Below are positions 10,343 to 20,763 of a stretch of DNA of 64,000 nt, piece by piece. This stretch comes from Verrucomicrobiales bacterium. GTDB taxonomy: Bacteria; Verrucomicrobiota; Verrucomicrobiia; Verrucomicrobiales; V1-33. The DNA lies in contig JANOAV010000122.1 in NCBI GenBank assembly GCA_031411295.1, positions 14,255 through 78,254 on the forward strand. Reading direction: 5' to 3'. The position numbers and the translations under genes were made by a program. Every line of letters starts with the position of its first letter. Position 1 is the stretch's first letter. The notes under the pieces are model-generated. The model was not told the DNA's origin. It ran no database searches and saw nothing but the letters and a program-made list of their open reading frames with translations.

Positions 10343-11737
10343 ATGGAAGAATTCGCCCTACCCAATCCCTTGGATCAATTTCTGGAGGCTTTTCATGATG
10401 AAAAGCTGGAGGAGGCGCGTGCCCTCAGCACTGAGTTACATGGGGCCGACTGGGCGGGGATCTTCGAGCAGATCAGTGCGGATGAGCGTCCGGCGTTGAT
10501 TGGACTGGTGCCGGAGGAAGAGTTCTCCGAATTCTTGCACCAACTGCCGTTGGCAGATGCGGCGGAAATTCTAGCCGATCTGTCGGATGATCGCGCGGCC
10601 GTGGTGCTGGGAGAGTTGCCGGATGATACCCTGGTGGATTTGCTGCAGGAAATGGATTCTGAGCAGCGGGGGCACACGTTTCACATGCTCTCTGAGGATC
10701 GGCGCAAGGCGGCCCGACGGTTGCTGCGATTCCCGGATGACTCTGCCGGCGGACGGATGACCACGGCATTCGCCAGTGTGCGAGAGGATATCACGGTGCG
10801 GGAGGCTATCGTTGAACTGATGAAGGTGAAAGATGAAACCGAGGTGCTGGCGCGGATTTACGTGGTGGACAGCATCGGTCATATCTTGGGGAAGGTGCGG
10901 CTGCGCGATTTAACATTCTCCGCCCCCGAGGTGCTGATTGCGGATATTAACGACTTCGATACGCGCGCCGTGCTGGCCACGACGGACCAAGAGAAAGCGG
11001 TCCGGGTGATGCAGAAATACGATTTATTAACCCTTCCGGTAGTGGACGAGGAAGGTCGGCTGTTAGGGGTGATCACCCACGATGATGCCTTGGACATTCA
11101 GGAAGAGGAAAGCACCGAGGACATGGAGCGCCAGAGCGGTATTGCCGGGGAGAGTTCGGACGAAACGTATCTGAATACCTCCGTGCTGCGGCATGTGCGA
11201 CGTCGCATTGGTTGGATTGTATCTCTGGCATTCTTTGGGCTCATTGCGGGCTATCTGATTTACTCTTTTCAGAATGTGCTGGGCACGGTTTTTGTGCTCA
11301 GCATTTACATGCCCATGGTAGTGGCGGCGGGCGGAAATACCGGCGGTCAGGCGGCCACGATGGTGATCCGCGCCATGTCGATTGGGGAACTGCAACCGAC
11401 GGAGTTTTTGCGCGTGGCAGCCAAGGAACTGCGGGTGGGAATGCTGGTGGGGGCCGTGTTAGGCATTTGCATGGCCATTCAAATCAGGTGGTTCATGCCG
11501 CCGGGCACCACTCTGCCGCCGAGCATTTCCCTGGAGAAATTCGCTCTGGTGGTGAGTCTCTCGCTGCTCTGTCAGATCACGGCTTCCACGCTCATCGGAG
11601 CCACGCTACCGATTGCCGCCCGCATGGCGAAATTGGATCCAGCCGTGATGTCTTCTCCTGCGATCACGAGCATGGTGGATGCCACCGGCTTGGTGATCTA
11701 TTTTAACTTGGCGAAGGCGATTCTCGGCGTGGGTTGA
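10343..11737 (+). CDS. mgtE: magnesium transporter MgtE
   Basis: MgtE N-domain acidic repeats, a CBS pair (ILGKVRLRDL, LLGVITHDDALD) and a TM domain with AAGGNTGGQAATMVIRA. Confidence 0.92.
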   Translation: MEEFALPNPLDQFLEAFHDEKLEEARALSTELHGADWAGIFEQISADERPALIGLVPEEEFSEFLHQLPLADAAEILADLSDDRAAVVLGELPDDTLVDLLQEMDSEQRGHTFHMLSEDRRKAARRLLRFPDDSAGGRMTTAFASVREDITVREAIVELMKVKDETEVLARIYVVDSIGHILGKVRLRDLTFSAPEVLIADINDFDTRAVLATTDQEKAVRVMQKYDLLTLPVVDEEGRLLGVITHDDALDIQEEESTEDMERQSGIAGESSDETYLNTSVLRHVRRRIGWIVSLAFFGLIAGYLIYSFQNVLGTVFVLSIYMPMVVAAGGNTGGQAATMVIRAMSIGELQPTEFLRVAAKELRVGMLVGAVLGICMAIQIRWFMPPGTTLPPSISLEKFALVVSLSLLCQITASTLIGATLPIAARMAKLDPAVMSSPAITSMVDATGLVIYFNLAKAILGVG

Positions 11738-11801
11738 TCCCGGCGTATTCCCTGCGATTCCTCATTTGCCAAGTCCCCTCCTCCGCCCTTACTCTCAAAT
11801 T

Positions 11802-13373
11802 ATGACATTGTTCGGCACATCAATTATTGGCGCCACCCGCGGAGTCGCTGGGGGCGAGGTTTCTCATGGTCTCAACGCGAGCACGGGTGAGCCGCTGGAC
11901 CCGGTCTTCCATGGCGCCTCGGCGGCCGAAGTGGATGCTGCGGTCAGCCTGGCCGCTGACGCATTTCCCATTTACAGTAAACTGAGCGGGAAGGAACGGG
12001 CGAAATTTCTGCGCGCCATCGCCACGGAGATCGAAGCGTTGGGCGATGCATTGACGCAACGTGCCATGGCGGAGTCCGGCCTGCCGGAAGCTCGTATCAA
12101 GGGGGAAACCGGTCGCACCACCGGGCAACTGCGGATGCATGCCAGCGTGCTGGAAGAGGGCTCGTGGTGTGATGCGCGCATCGATCATGCGGACCCGCAG
12201 CGGCAGCCGATTCCCAAGGTGGATATCAGATCGATGCATCGGGCGATTGGGCCAGTGGCGGTCTTCTGTGCGAGCAATTTTCCTTTGGCCTTCAGCGTAG
12301 CCGGGGGCGATTCCTGTGCGGCCTGGGCTGCGGGCTGTCCGGTCATTGTCAAAGCGCACAGCAGCCACCCCGGCACTGCCGAGTTAGTGGGCCACGCAGT
12401 GCGGCAGGCGGTCATTTCCTGTGGGCTGCCGGACGGCGTCTTTTCTCTGCTCTATGGCAGCGGACGGGAAGTGGGAGCCACGTTAGTGAAACATCCGGAA
12501 ATCAAGGGTGTGGGCTTCACGGGCTCGCGCGCGGGTGGTCGGGCGCTGATGGATCTGGCGGCGGCCCGGCCTTGTCCGATTCCGGTCTATGCGGAAATGA
12601 GCAGCATTAATCCGACGATCATGCTGGCCGGAGCCCTGGCCGAACGCGCTCCCCAACTGGCCGCTGGCTTGCATGCTAGTGTGACCGCCAGCGTGGGGCA
12701 AATGTGCACCAATCCCGGTCTCATCATTTTGGATGTTTCCGGCCCGGTGGATGTCTTCCAGAAGGAGTTGGGGAAACTCATCGCCAGCACCGCTCCGGGC
12801 ACCATGCTGAACCCGACGATTTGTCAGGCGTATCGCCATGGGGTATCCCAGTTGCGGACGAATTCCCAAGTCCAGCCCGTGGCCTTTGTTACCGAGGGTG
12901 ATGGCCATACCGGAGCCGCCCACGTCTTCGCCACCACCACGGAGGCATTTCTCACGGATCCCACGTTATCGGAAGAAGTCTTTGGTCCAACTACACTGTT
13001 AGTTCATGCCCGCGGCAAGGCGGATATTTTGCGCCTCCTGGCCCATCTGGAAGGTCAGCTAACCGCTACCTTGCACGGCACGGAGGAGGAATTGGCGCAG
13101 AGTGGAGATTTGCTAGCAGCGATGGAAGCCAAGGCCGGTCGGGTGATCATCAATGGGTTCCCTACCGGAGTCGAAGTCTGTCACGCCATCGTGCACGGCG
13201 GCCCGTATCCCGCCACCAGCGATGGACGGAGCACGTCGGTCGGGGTGCAGGCGGTCAGTCGTTTCACCCGCCCAGTGGCCTTCCAGAATTTCCCGGATGC
13301 GGCGTTGCCAGCGGAATTGCAGGAAGCGAACCCGCTGGGGATTTCTCGAATTGTGGATGGGGTGCGGAAGTAA
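11802..13373 (+). CDS. NAD(P)-dependent aldehyde dehydrogenase, alpha-ketoglutaric semialdehyde dehydrogenase-like
   Basis: 523 aa from ATG 11802. It has the family layout of the about 525-aa KGSADH-type ALDHs (STGEPLDP, FCASNFPLAFS, GFTGSRAGGRAL, EEVFGP). Confidence 0.8.
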   Translation: MTLFGTSIIGATRGVAGGEVSHGLNASTGEPLDPVFHGASAAEVDAAVSLAADAFPIYSKLSGKERAKFLRAIATEIEALGDALTQRAMAESGLPEARIKGETGRTTGQLRMHASVLEEGSWCDARIDHADPQRQPIPKVDIRSMHRAIGPVAVFCASNFPLAFSVAGGDSCAAWAAGCPVIVKAHSSHPGTAELVGHAVRQAVISCGLPDGVFSLLYGSGREVGATLVKHPEIKGVGFTGSRAGGRALMDLAAARPCPIPVYAEMSSINPTIMLAGALAERAPQLAAGLHASVTASVGQMCTNPGLIILDVSGPVDVFQKELGKLIASTAPGTMLNPTICQAYRHGVSQLRTNSQVQPVAFVTEGDGHTGAAHVFATTTEAFLTDPTLSEEVFGPTTLLVHARGKADILRLLAHLEGQLTATLHGTEEELAQSGDLLAAMEAKAGRVIINGFPTGVEVCHAIVHGGPYPATSDGRSTSVGVQAVSRFTRPVAFQNFPDAALPAELQEANPLGISRIVDGVRK

Positions 13374-13449
13374 ATTGCCGCCTAGAAATGTGAGCGACGA
13401 TCTCCAGCAACTCTACGCCGCTCCGAAACACGAGTCTCCAAGGCCCTCC

Positions 13450-13911
13450 ATGCCGACGGACAAGCGGCCCGCGTCACATCGGTGGGCCATGGCGTGGTTT
13501 GTGCTGGTAGGGTTGAGCGCAGCTATCCAAATTTGGATGAGTTCCCATGTTGGGGTAAATCCATTATATCTTTTGATCATGCTCCTGGGGCCGATTGGGC
13601 TTATCGCCATGGTCGCAGGGAAGCGTTCAGTTAGTGCCGGCTATATTTTGCCAAGTATCTGCTTGGGAGTGTTTGCCGCCCGCAGCATCCAAACTAGCTT
13701 CTACTGGATACGGGCCTTGATTCGCACCCCCTCCATCTATGATGGAATTCCGATCTCCTACCAACTGCTTGGATTGATCGCTTGGGCACTGATGTGCTAT
13801 CTCTTCTATCGATTCACTTTCGGCTTACCCAGTCGGGCTTACTTTGGCATGGTCCGGTTCGATGCCTCCGCTCTCGGACGACGGATTAAGGTAAGACTGC
13901 TCGGGCTTTAG
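13450..13911 (+). CDS. hypothetical membrane protein
   Basis: 153 aa from the in-frame ATG 13450, with about 4 hydrophobic segments. The upstream part of the track ORF overlaps the ALDH gene. Confidence 0.5.
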   Translation: MPTDKRPASHRWAMAWFVLVGLSAAIQIWMSSHVGVNPLYLLIMLLGPIGLIAMVAGKRSVSAGYILPSICLGVFAARSIQTSFYWIRALIRTPSIYDGIPISYQLLGLIAWALMCYLFYRFTFGLPSRAYFGMVRFDASALGRRIKVRLLGL

Positions 13912-13981
13912 CGAAAATTTCCCGGTTGTCTCCTTCGGCTAGCAGCTTAGGAATACGGCACATTTCTCTCAGCCAACAATC

Positions 13982-14527
13982 ATGATCGCATTTAAAGAAT
14001 GGTCTCTCGTCTGTGACGCCCTGGGTTCGGGGCGGCAAAGTATTATTCTGCGGAAAGGTGGGATTGCGGAAGGCCGCAGCGGCTTCTCGTGGCAGCACGA
14101 TGAATTCGCTTTGTTTCCGACTTATTTTCACTCGCAGGATCAGGCCCTACGGGACATCCCGGCGGGATCGGTGGCGGCTCCCCATGAATCTCTACACACT
14201 ATTTCTCTGCTAGCCAAGGTGGATTTCAAGGTTCTGCTGGACGACTGGTCGCAAGTGGCAGCGCTGGCTTCCTATCATGGTTGGACGGAGGAAACGATGC
14301 AGGAGCGATTCGATTACACGGGCGAGCGCACGATCTCCCTGGCAGTATTGCGGGTGTTCCGCCTGCCGGAACCGTTCACGTTTCCTGATGCGCCTGGTTA
14401 TGGGGGATGCCGGTCATGGGTGACTGTCCCGGATTGCGGGGTTGCAGCGGACGCCATTCCCGTGCTAGATGACGCTACCCATACGCAACGGGTGGCGGAG
14501 ATCCGTCGCCTGATCGGGTTAGCGTAA
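13982..14527 (+). CDS. DUF1802-family protein
   Basis: N-terminus MIAFKEWSLVCDALGSGRQSIILRKGGI matches my memory of the DUF1802 consensus (KEW..v..AL..G.q.lllRKGGI). Confidence 0.6.
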   Translation: MIAFKEWSLVCDALGSGRQSIILRKGGIAEGRSGFSWQHDEFALFPTYFHSQDQALRDIPAGSVAAPHESLHTISLLAKVDFKVLLDDWSQVAALASYHGWTEETMQERFDYTGERTISLAVLRVFRLPEPFTFPDAPGYGGCRSWVTVPDCGVAADAIPVLDDATHTQRVAEIRRLIGLA

Positions 14528-14537
14528 TTCTTTCCCC

Positions 14538-15500
14538 ATGTCCGATTCTCCGCCGCCAGACGCCTCCCTTCCTCCATCGCCCGCCACCCGCACCGTCCGC
14601 ACGTTCAAGAACCGGGCCACGGCCGAGGCGGCAGTGGAGAAACTCAAGGGGCATGGGATCGAAGGTTCGATCTTGGAGTTAGCACCACCACCGGGGCGGC
14701 CAGCGTTAATTTCTGAGGCCGTGCGCTTAGTGGTGGATTCGGAGCATGCCGCCCAGGCGATGCGTCTGCTGGCAAATTTCACGATCGACAACGGTGGCGC
14801 AGCCGGGTTGGGCCAGAGTGTCAACCGTGGCGGACGGCGCAAACCCCGCCCGACCCCGCGGGTTAACGCCGGGCCGCCCTGGCTGTTCATCATCATCGCG
14901 CTCATGGGGGCCGGAGGAGCCATTTTTTACGGTGCCTGGAGTTATTTCGGTCCTCAGGCGAAACCAGTGACGGTGCTCCGGCCGCGCGAGCGCTATGTCA
15001 ATGAAGACACGAACCACGATGGCAAGATCGATCAGCGGCGTTATCTGGCGGCTTCTGGGGAGATTCTGCGTGATGAATTCGACGTCGATTTCGACGGGAA
15101 GTGGGACGTGCGAACCACCTATGATCGTGGTCGGCTCAAACGACGGTCCACGGATCTGGATCGCAATGGAATCATGGACGAGGACGTATTCTATGATCGG
15201 ATGGGGCGCCCTTTTTACAGCCAACTCATTATGAATGGCAAAGGCCCGGCCACCAAACGCAGCTTCTATCAAGAGGCGATGGAATTTCCTGACTGGGAAC
15301 CGACAGCGGAAGACCCGGGGCCATCCGAGGATCCCACCCAGCCGGGCGGGGGCGATTCCTGGCCGTTCCGCGTCCTCTTGGATACCGATGCCGATGGTCA
15401 CTTCGATCTGGATCAGAAACTCAACCTCAAGGGAGAGGTAATCGATGAACGCAAGTTGCAGAAGGGCGCGCTGGAGAACAACCCACCAACATTTCCCTAA
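14538..15500 (+). CDS. membrane-anchored protein with a DUF2007-like N-domain and four DxDxDG-type (calcium-binding-like) motifs
   Basis: N-domain VRTFKNRATAEAAVEKLKGHGIEG, one TM segment (WLFIIIALMGAGGAIFYGAW), then DTNHDGKID, DVDFDGKWD, DLDRNGIMD and DTDADGHFD. Confidence 0.6.
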   Translation: MSDSPPPDASLPPSPATRTVRTFKNRATAEAAVEKLKGHGIEGSILELAPPPGRPALISEAVRLVVDSEHAAQAMRLLANFTIDNGGAAGLGQSVNRGGRRKPRPTPRVNAGPPWLFIIIALMGAGGAIFYGAWSYFGPQAKPVTVLRPRERYVNEDTNHDGKIDQRRYLAASGEILRDEFDVDFDGKWDVRTTYDRGRLKRRSTDLDRNGIMDEDVFYDRMGRPFYSQLIMNGKGPATKRSFYQEAMEFPDWEPTAEDPGPSEDPTQPGGGDSWPFRVLLDTDADGHFDLDQKLNLKGEVIDERKLQKGALENNPPTFP

Positions 15501-15509
15501 CTAGGTGCC

Positions 15510-16340
15510 ATGAGCTGGTATGAATACGATCACGAATACGAGAGCCGCGCAGACAGCAATGCGCGCGTGGAGAAGAAGTTGGCCAAATTAAGGAAAGAGG
15601 GCCGGCGGCTGGAACCCACGCTGCCCACGGCCAAGCGGGATCTTAGCGCGACGTTCTGGGGCAGGGCCTGGAATTTGAACTTGATGGCTTACAGCGACTA
15701 CGAAAGCCGCATGCCACGGGGGCGGACGTATTTCCGCAACGGCAGTGTGCTGGGACTGGCGATTACGGAGGGTGAAGTCTCCAGTCTGGTGCGGGGCAAG
15801 GATTTGTATGAGGTGAACATCTCCATCAAACCGTTGGCGGCCAAGGCCTGGACTGCCTTGAAGCAACGGTGTCAGGGTAAAATCGCGGATGTGATGGATC
15901 TGTTGGCGGGCGAATTAAGTGACGATGTGATGCGCGAAGTCACGGACTTGGAGGGAGGATTATTCCCCACGAATCGGCAAATCAAACTCAGCTGTTCCTG
16001 TCCGGACTGGGCGGACATGTGCAAACATTGTGCCGCCACCTTGTATGCGGTGGGGGCCTTGCTGGATGACAATCCGCGGCATTTGTTTACCCTGCGGGGG
16101 GTGGATGCAGAGGAACTCATCGGCACCGTGGCCACCACCATCGATTCCCTAACCACTCCGGGGGGTCAGTCGGAGGACCGGACGGCGGCTCTGGGAGAGC
16201 AGGATCTGTCGGCGTTGTTTGGGGTTTCACTAACGGATGATGTTTTCCCTGACACGATTACTCAAACGCAGTCTGCTCCAGAGTCGCCCGCCACGAAGGC
16301 TGTGAAGCGCGCCAAAAAAGCGGATAATTCCGTTAATTAG
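15510..16340 (+). CDS. SWIM zinc-finger domain protein
   Basis: CSCPDWADMCKHC fits the SWIM CxCxnCxH signature. Confidence 0.75.
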   Translation: MSWYEYDHEYESRADSNARVEKKLAKLRKEGRRLEPTLPTAKRDLSATFWGRAWNLNLMAYSDYESRMPRGRTYFRNGSVLGLAITEGEVSSLVRGKDLYEVNISIKPLAAKAWTALKQRCQGKIADVMDLLAGELSDDVMREVTDLEGGLFPTNRQIKLSCSCPDWADMCKHCAATLYAVGALLDDNPRHLFTLRGVDAEELIGTVATTIDSLTTPGGQSEDRTAALGEQDLSALFGVSLTDDVFPDTITQTQSAPESPATKAVKRAKKADNSVN

Positions 16341-16400
16341 GGGATTGCGTGGAGCATCCGCCTCTGGCAGGATTCGTCCAGTCTTCCCAAAAATCACATT

Positions 16401-17045
16401 ATGCGCTGCTTTCCTTTCCCAACTTTGGTGCTCCTGAGCCTAGCGCCTCTAGGCGTCACCACCGCTCCGGCTGCGGTTCTCGCACGCTATGCTTTCCCGG
16501 GGCCCGTCCCCGCCCTCATGGTGACAACCGTGGATGCCAATGTCACTGCAAGTGATGTTACCTTTGCCGGCGGGGTGAGCACCCAGTTCACCACCATCCC
16601 CGATATCTTGGCCGTAAATGTCGCTGCCACTGCTCCAGCGACTGCCGTATCCACTGGCAGTTTCTTCGAAATTACCCTCGCTCCGACCTCTGGCAATGCG
16701 CTCGATCTCGCTTCGTTTACCTTCGATGCCGCCGCTGCCACAATCGGAGGTGGTTACGTTCTGCGCTCTAGTTTGGATGGCTATACAACGAATCTGGCGG
16801 CGGCTCCGATCAGCACCATTTACCCCGCTTTCTCTCCTTACAACGTCAGTTTGGCGGACCCGAGTTTTCAAGGAGTTTCCGGGCCAGTGAGCTTCCGGGT
16901 GTATACCTATACCCCAGGAAGCAATCCTGCGGCCGGATACGACAATGTGACCATCAATGGAGTTGTCATTCCGGTGCCGGAACCAACCGCTGGCGTCATG
17001 CTCCTGCTGGCCGGGGGATTCCTCGCGCGCCGTCGGCGTAATTAA
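16401..17045 (+). CDS. PEP-CTERM sorting-signal protein
   Basis: N-terminal signal peptide. C-terminus VPEPTAGVMLLLAGGFLARRRRN combines the PEP motif, a TM segment and an Arg cluster. Confidence 0.85.
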   Translation: MRCFPFPTLVLLSLAPLGVTTAPAAVLARYAFPGPVPALMVTTVDANVTASDVTFAGGVSTQFTTIPDILAVNVAATAPATAVSTGSFFEITLAPTSGNALDLASFTFDAAAATIGGGYVLRSSLDGYTTNLAAAPISTIYPAFSPYNVSLADPSFQGVSGPVSFRVYTYTPGSNPAAGYDNVTINGVVIPVPEPTAGVMLLLAGGFLARRRRN

Positions 17046-17074
17046 TTAGCTTCCCAGAGACACGGTCGCAAAGA

Positions 17075-18376
17075 TCACTCCACTGCCAGCGAGACGCAGA
17101 CCAGTTCCTTGTCGTTGCGGGCAAAGACGCATTTGTTGGCAAAGGCGGGATGACTCCACACGACCGTCCGGCCCATGGAAGGAGTATCTGCGCTGAGGAT
17201 CTTAGCCCGGGCAGCTTCTTGGTAGCCTGTGGGTTTGAGGTCCGCCAGAATCAACTCTCCGCTATCGTTAAAGATCACCCACTGCTGCGGCGTGTGGGCC
17301 ATGAAGAAGGTGCCAGAGCCAGATTTCTTTTTACTCATGATGTCCAGATTCGACCACATGCGCTCGCCCGTCGTCAGCTTTACACAACGGAGTTCACCGT
17401 CCATATCACAGCCATAGAAATAATCGCCCACCACCACTGGGGTCCCATTTTTCGGAGACATGGAATTCGACGGCACGCCATCCCAGGCCACGGTTGCCTT
17501 GCCATCCCCTGGTTTTACTAACATGGATTTCTTCATCATCGCACCGATGAAAATTCCCTCGTTTGTGACCCGGGGAGCCATGATGGACATGCCGTAAGCT
17601 GCTGCGAACGCCTGCGTCCAGCGGATCTTTCCCGTGGCGGGATCCAGTCCGTTCAAGGCTTCGGAGTGCCAGATTACCAACTCCTCTTTGCCCTCGCGCT
17701 TCGTCATTACCGGCGGAGCGTAACCGATGTCCTTCGTCTCCAAAGCGCGCCATTTTTCCTTCCCTGACTTTGCCTCCAGCGCCACCACCGCACTGCCAGA
17801 TCCACCTGCCAGCGTGTAGAGCAGGCCTCCGTGCACCAATGGCGTGGCCGCATATCCCCAGATGGGCGAATCACATTTATACTCTTGCTTGAGTTCCTTC
17901 TCCCACGCGGGCTTGCCGTCACTAACCGCCAAGGCCGACAAGTGACCTTCCGCTCCCAATGCATAGACCAAACCATCCGCCACGACCGGAGAGCAACGCG
18001 GACCATTCGGGAAACTCAGATTGATCGGGCAGTCATACGCATGCACCCACAGTTGGCGTCCCGTTTTCTCATCCAAGCAGACGACGCGCTCCTTGCCCGT
18101 CAGAGCAGTGCGTCCGCCGGGGTTTGCGTCCAACTTGCCCGTGGCAATTTGATAGTCCATGACGAAGACCTTCCCACCAGCCACGGCAGGACCTGAATAC
18201 CCGTTGGCCACGGGTGCCCGCCAAACAATTTTCGGACCCTCTGCGGCAAATCTCGTGATCAAACCAGTGTCGTTCCAAGTAGAATCGCCACGTGCTCCCA
18301 ACCACTGGGGCCAATCCTCAGCAGTTAGTGTGGCCGGGGCACAGACGAGTAGAGTGAGCGTTAGAAGAGTTTTCAT
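17075..18376 (-). CDS. PQQ-like beta-propeller repeat protein (BamB-like fold), secreted
   Basis: Signal peptide, then DWPQWLGARGDSTW and repeated G..V.A.D..TGK..W blades. Confidence 0.8.
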   Translation of the reverse strand: MKTLLTLTLLVCAPATLTAEDWPQWLGARGDSTWNDTGLITRFAAEGPKIVWRAPVANGYSGPAVAGGKVFVMDYQIATGKLDANPGGRTALTGKERVVCLDEKTGRQLWVHAYDCPINLSFPNGPRCSPVVADGLVYALGAEGHLSALAVSDGKPAWEKELKQEYKCDSPIWGYAATPLVHGGLLYTLAGGSGSAVVALEAKSGKEKWRALETKDIGYAPPVMTKREGKEELVIWHSEALNGLDPATGKIRWTQAFAAAYGMSIMAPRVTNEGIFIGAMMKKSMLVKPGDGKATVAWDGVPSNSMSPKNGTPVVVGDYFYGCDMDGELRCVKLTTGERMWSNLDIMSKKKSGSGTFFMAHTPQQWVIFNDSGELILADLKPTGYQEAARAKILSADTPSMGRTVVWSHPAFANKCVFARNDKELVCVSLAVE

Positions 18377-18555
18377 CCCGCTTATTCAAGCCGGGGAAAT
18401 GCCATCGTCAATCAGGTGGACGCGTAAGTTGGCGATCCCATTTCTATGTCCCCACGGGTCAGTCGTCGGTAGCGCTCAAAAAAGCCGCAGAATTTCTGTA
18501 AAGAAATCGGCTGCAAGCCCGTCTCAATGAAGGTAAGTCAGCAAAACTAAATCTC

Positions 18556-19263
18556 ATGAAACTCACCGCCCTCATCCTGCTCGCAAGCTTGGCGCTGCCA
18601 GCGCTCCCCAGCCTCGCTCAAGCCCCACGTTCCCAGCCGCCCACTGCGCTGCAGGCCATTGAGTTGGCGCGCACCCAGACTGGGAAAAGCATCGTCAAAC
18701 TCGTGCGCCTCTCCGGCAGCAACGGCAATCCAGATCCCCGCGGATGGAGCATGGTCTTCCACGATCCTGCTTCCAGCACGAACCTCTCCAAGCTCAATCC
18801 AGGCGAGGCTCCGGAACCGGCGGATGATAAATACGGCAGCGGCACAGCTCCGGTCTATTTCAACGCGAGTCGCGTGAGTGTGGATAGTCCCGCCGCGTTC
18901 TTAGCGGCTAATAAAGAAGCCGCTGAGGCGAAGATTGGCTTTGATCGGATTACCTTCGAATTGCGTGGTCAGGAGTTCACCGGCATGCCGGTGTGGACGC
19001 TGCGGTTGCTCAACGACGAAGAGGAAATCGTCGGCATCGTCAGCCTTTCCGCCGAAACCGGGAAAACACTCCGCACCGTCTGGCTGCGTCGCGATGGTCG
19101 TCGCGAGGAGCCTCGCATCATCGACAGCGCGATCTCCGGCGGTGGGACCGAAAGCACCAGTGAATCCAAAGAAAAGGAATCGCGCGCGCTTCCACCGATC
19201 CAAAACATCGAGCCCCCGCCAGCAGACCCCACGCCACCTGAAGTGGAAGCCCCGAGGCAATAA
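18556..19263 (+). CDS. hypothetical secreted protein
   Basis: Clear signal peptide MKLTALILLASLALPALPSLAQA and a Pro-rich C-terminus. No recognised motif. Confidence 0.6.
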   Translation: MKLTALILLASLALPALPSLAQAPRSQPPTALQAIELARTQTGKSIVKLVRLSGSNGNPDPRGWSMVFHDPASSTNLSKLNPGEAPEPADDKYGSGTAPVYFNASRVSVDSPAAFLAANKEAAEAKIGFDRITFELRGQEFTGMPVWTLRLLNDEEEIVGIVSLSAETGKTLRTVWLRRDGRREEPRIIDSAISGGGTESTSESKEKESRALPPIQNIEPPPADPTPPEVEAPRQ

Positions 19264-19269
19264 TTCGGG

Positions 19270-20763
19270 CTATTTCTGGGGGATGCGGTTCAGTGTGTAG
19301 TAAGCAGCGTCGTGCTCCAGCGTCGCCCCGGCAGCGGACTTTACACTCGGGAGATGAAGTTCGTGGACGTAGAGCGGCCGCAGGCCTTGGATTTGCAGTC
19401 GCACCCGCAGGCCATCTCCATTCACGGTCGCATGATTGATCGGTAAATTTTTCACATCAATCTCAGCACTCCCGTAAGCGGACGAGTAGAGGTAGGTGTA
19501 GCTTTGCATCGAGTAGGCAGTCACATCTTGTGCTGTCATCGGATCGACCGGAGTGGTGAACACGAGTTCAAAGCCATCCGCTTGCGCACGCATTTCGCGG
19601 ATCGCAAAGGGCACCGTGCCGTTCCACTGGACCCGCTGCAGGCCGTATGCTTTGGTGCCCAGCGATGACCAACCGCGGCTCGTCATCCCTGCAAACAAGC
19701 TGCCATCCGGGGCGAAACTAAGTCGCACGATGCCTGACGCGAAGCCGCTGAGGAAAGGAAACGCCGCGCCTTGGTATTCGCCATTCACCTTTTCCAGAAA
19801 GACGCGGCTAACTTTGGCGTCGGTGAATTCCGCCACCATGAACTGCCCGTCGAAGGGGCCAAATTGGCCACCTGCCGGGCACGCTGCTAGATCTGTGCCG
19901 CTGCGCCCCATCTTGTTATAAGGCAACCACACCGCCGGCGGTCTCATTTCTGGCAGGGCTTGGACCGCTTGGGGATACGGCAGTTTGTCCGGCACCTTGG
20001 CGGAAAGTTTCACGGGGGAGTTCGGTAATGTTTGCGAAGCGATTCCTTCCGGATTCAGGAAAAAGGCCCCGCGGCGTAAGTGATAGATCGGGGTGGCCGG
20101 CACCCAGTTGCCTTGCTGATCCACGCAGAACATATCGCCCGACAGATTAGCTCCCAAGCCGCAAGGCGAGCGCAGGCCCGCGGCCATCGGGGTGAAATTT
20201 CCATCCGCGGCTATCGTTCCCGCCCAGCCCCGCCAAGGCGCTTGGTTGTCCGCGCGGTCCCCCAAATCAACATTTAGTGAAACCCAGAGCTTGCCCTGGC
20301 CATCCCGCCGTGGGCCGTAGGCATAGCCATGATAGGAACCCGAAACATTCCAGCCGCGTCCGGCCGTGAGGTAATCATCGGCCACGCCATCGCCATTCGT
20401 ATCCTGCAAGCGAGTCACCTCCGTGCGCTGGGTTACCAGCAGACCGTTGCCGTCCCGCAACAGGCCCAATGGTTCATGCAGGCCGGACGCGAAGAGTTTG
20501 TAACTGACTTTGTCGGCCGGTCGGGTGAGTAATCCATCCAGCAACCATACCTCGCCTTTATGAATCGCCACCGCCAGCTTCCCATCCGCCATCCAATCCA
20601 TTCCGCTAATCTCCAAGGGGATACCGCTGCCGGGTTTCCAGTTAGGATCCCGTGAAGTGGCGGGCGCATCGGCCGTTAGAATGTCGCTGATTTTGTAAGA
20701 CGACTCTGCCCGGACCCAGCACGTCAGGCAAAGCATGCCCAGGAGCATAATTTTCATTTCCAT
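19270..20763 (-). CDS. secreted beta-propeller protein, sorbosone/glucose dehydrogenase-like; last gene of a 4-gene operon
   Basis: Signal peptide and propeller-like repeats (DGKLAVAIHKGEVWLL, NGDGVADD). The start overlaps the stop of the upstream cytochrome gene. Confidence 0.65.
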   Translation of the reverse strand: MEMKIMLLGMLCLTCWVRAESSYKISDILTADAPATSRDPNWKPGSGIPLEISGMDWMADGKLAVAIHKGEVWLLDGLLTRPADKVSYKLFASGLHEPLGLLRDGNGLLVTQRTEVTRLQDTNGDGVADDYLTAGRGWNVSGSYHGYAYGPRRDGQGKLWVSLNVDLGDRADNQAPWRGWAGTIAADGNFTPMAAGLRSPCGLGANLSGDMFCVDQQGNWVPATPIYHLRRGAFFLNPEGIASQTLPNSPVKLSAKVPDKLPYPQAVQALPEMRPPAVWLPYNKMGRSGTDLAACPAGGQFGPFDGQFMVAEFTDAKVSRVFLEKVNGEYQGAAFPFLSGFASGIVRLSFAPDGSLFAGMTSRGWSSLGTKAYGLQRVQWNGTVPFAIREMRAQADGFELVFTTPVDPMTAQDVTAYSMQSYTYLYSSAYGSAEIDVKNLPINHATVNGDGLRVRLQIQGLRPLYVHELHLPSVKSAAGATLEHDAAYYTLNRIPQK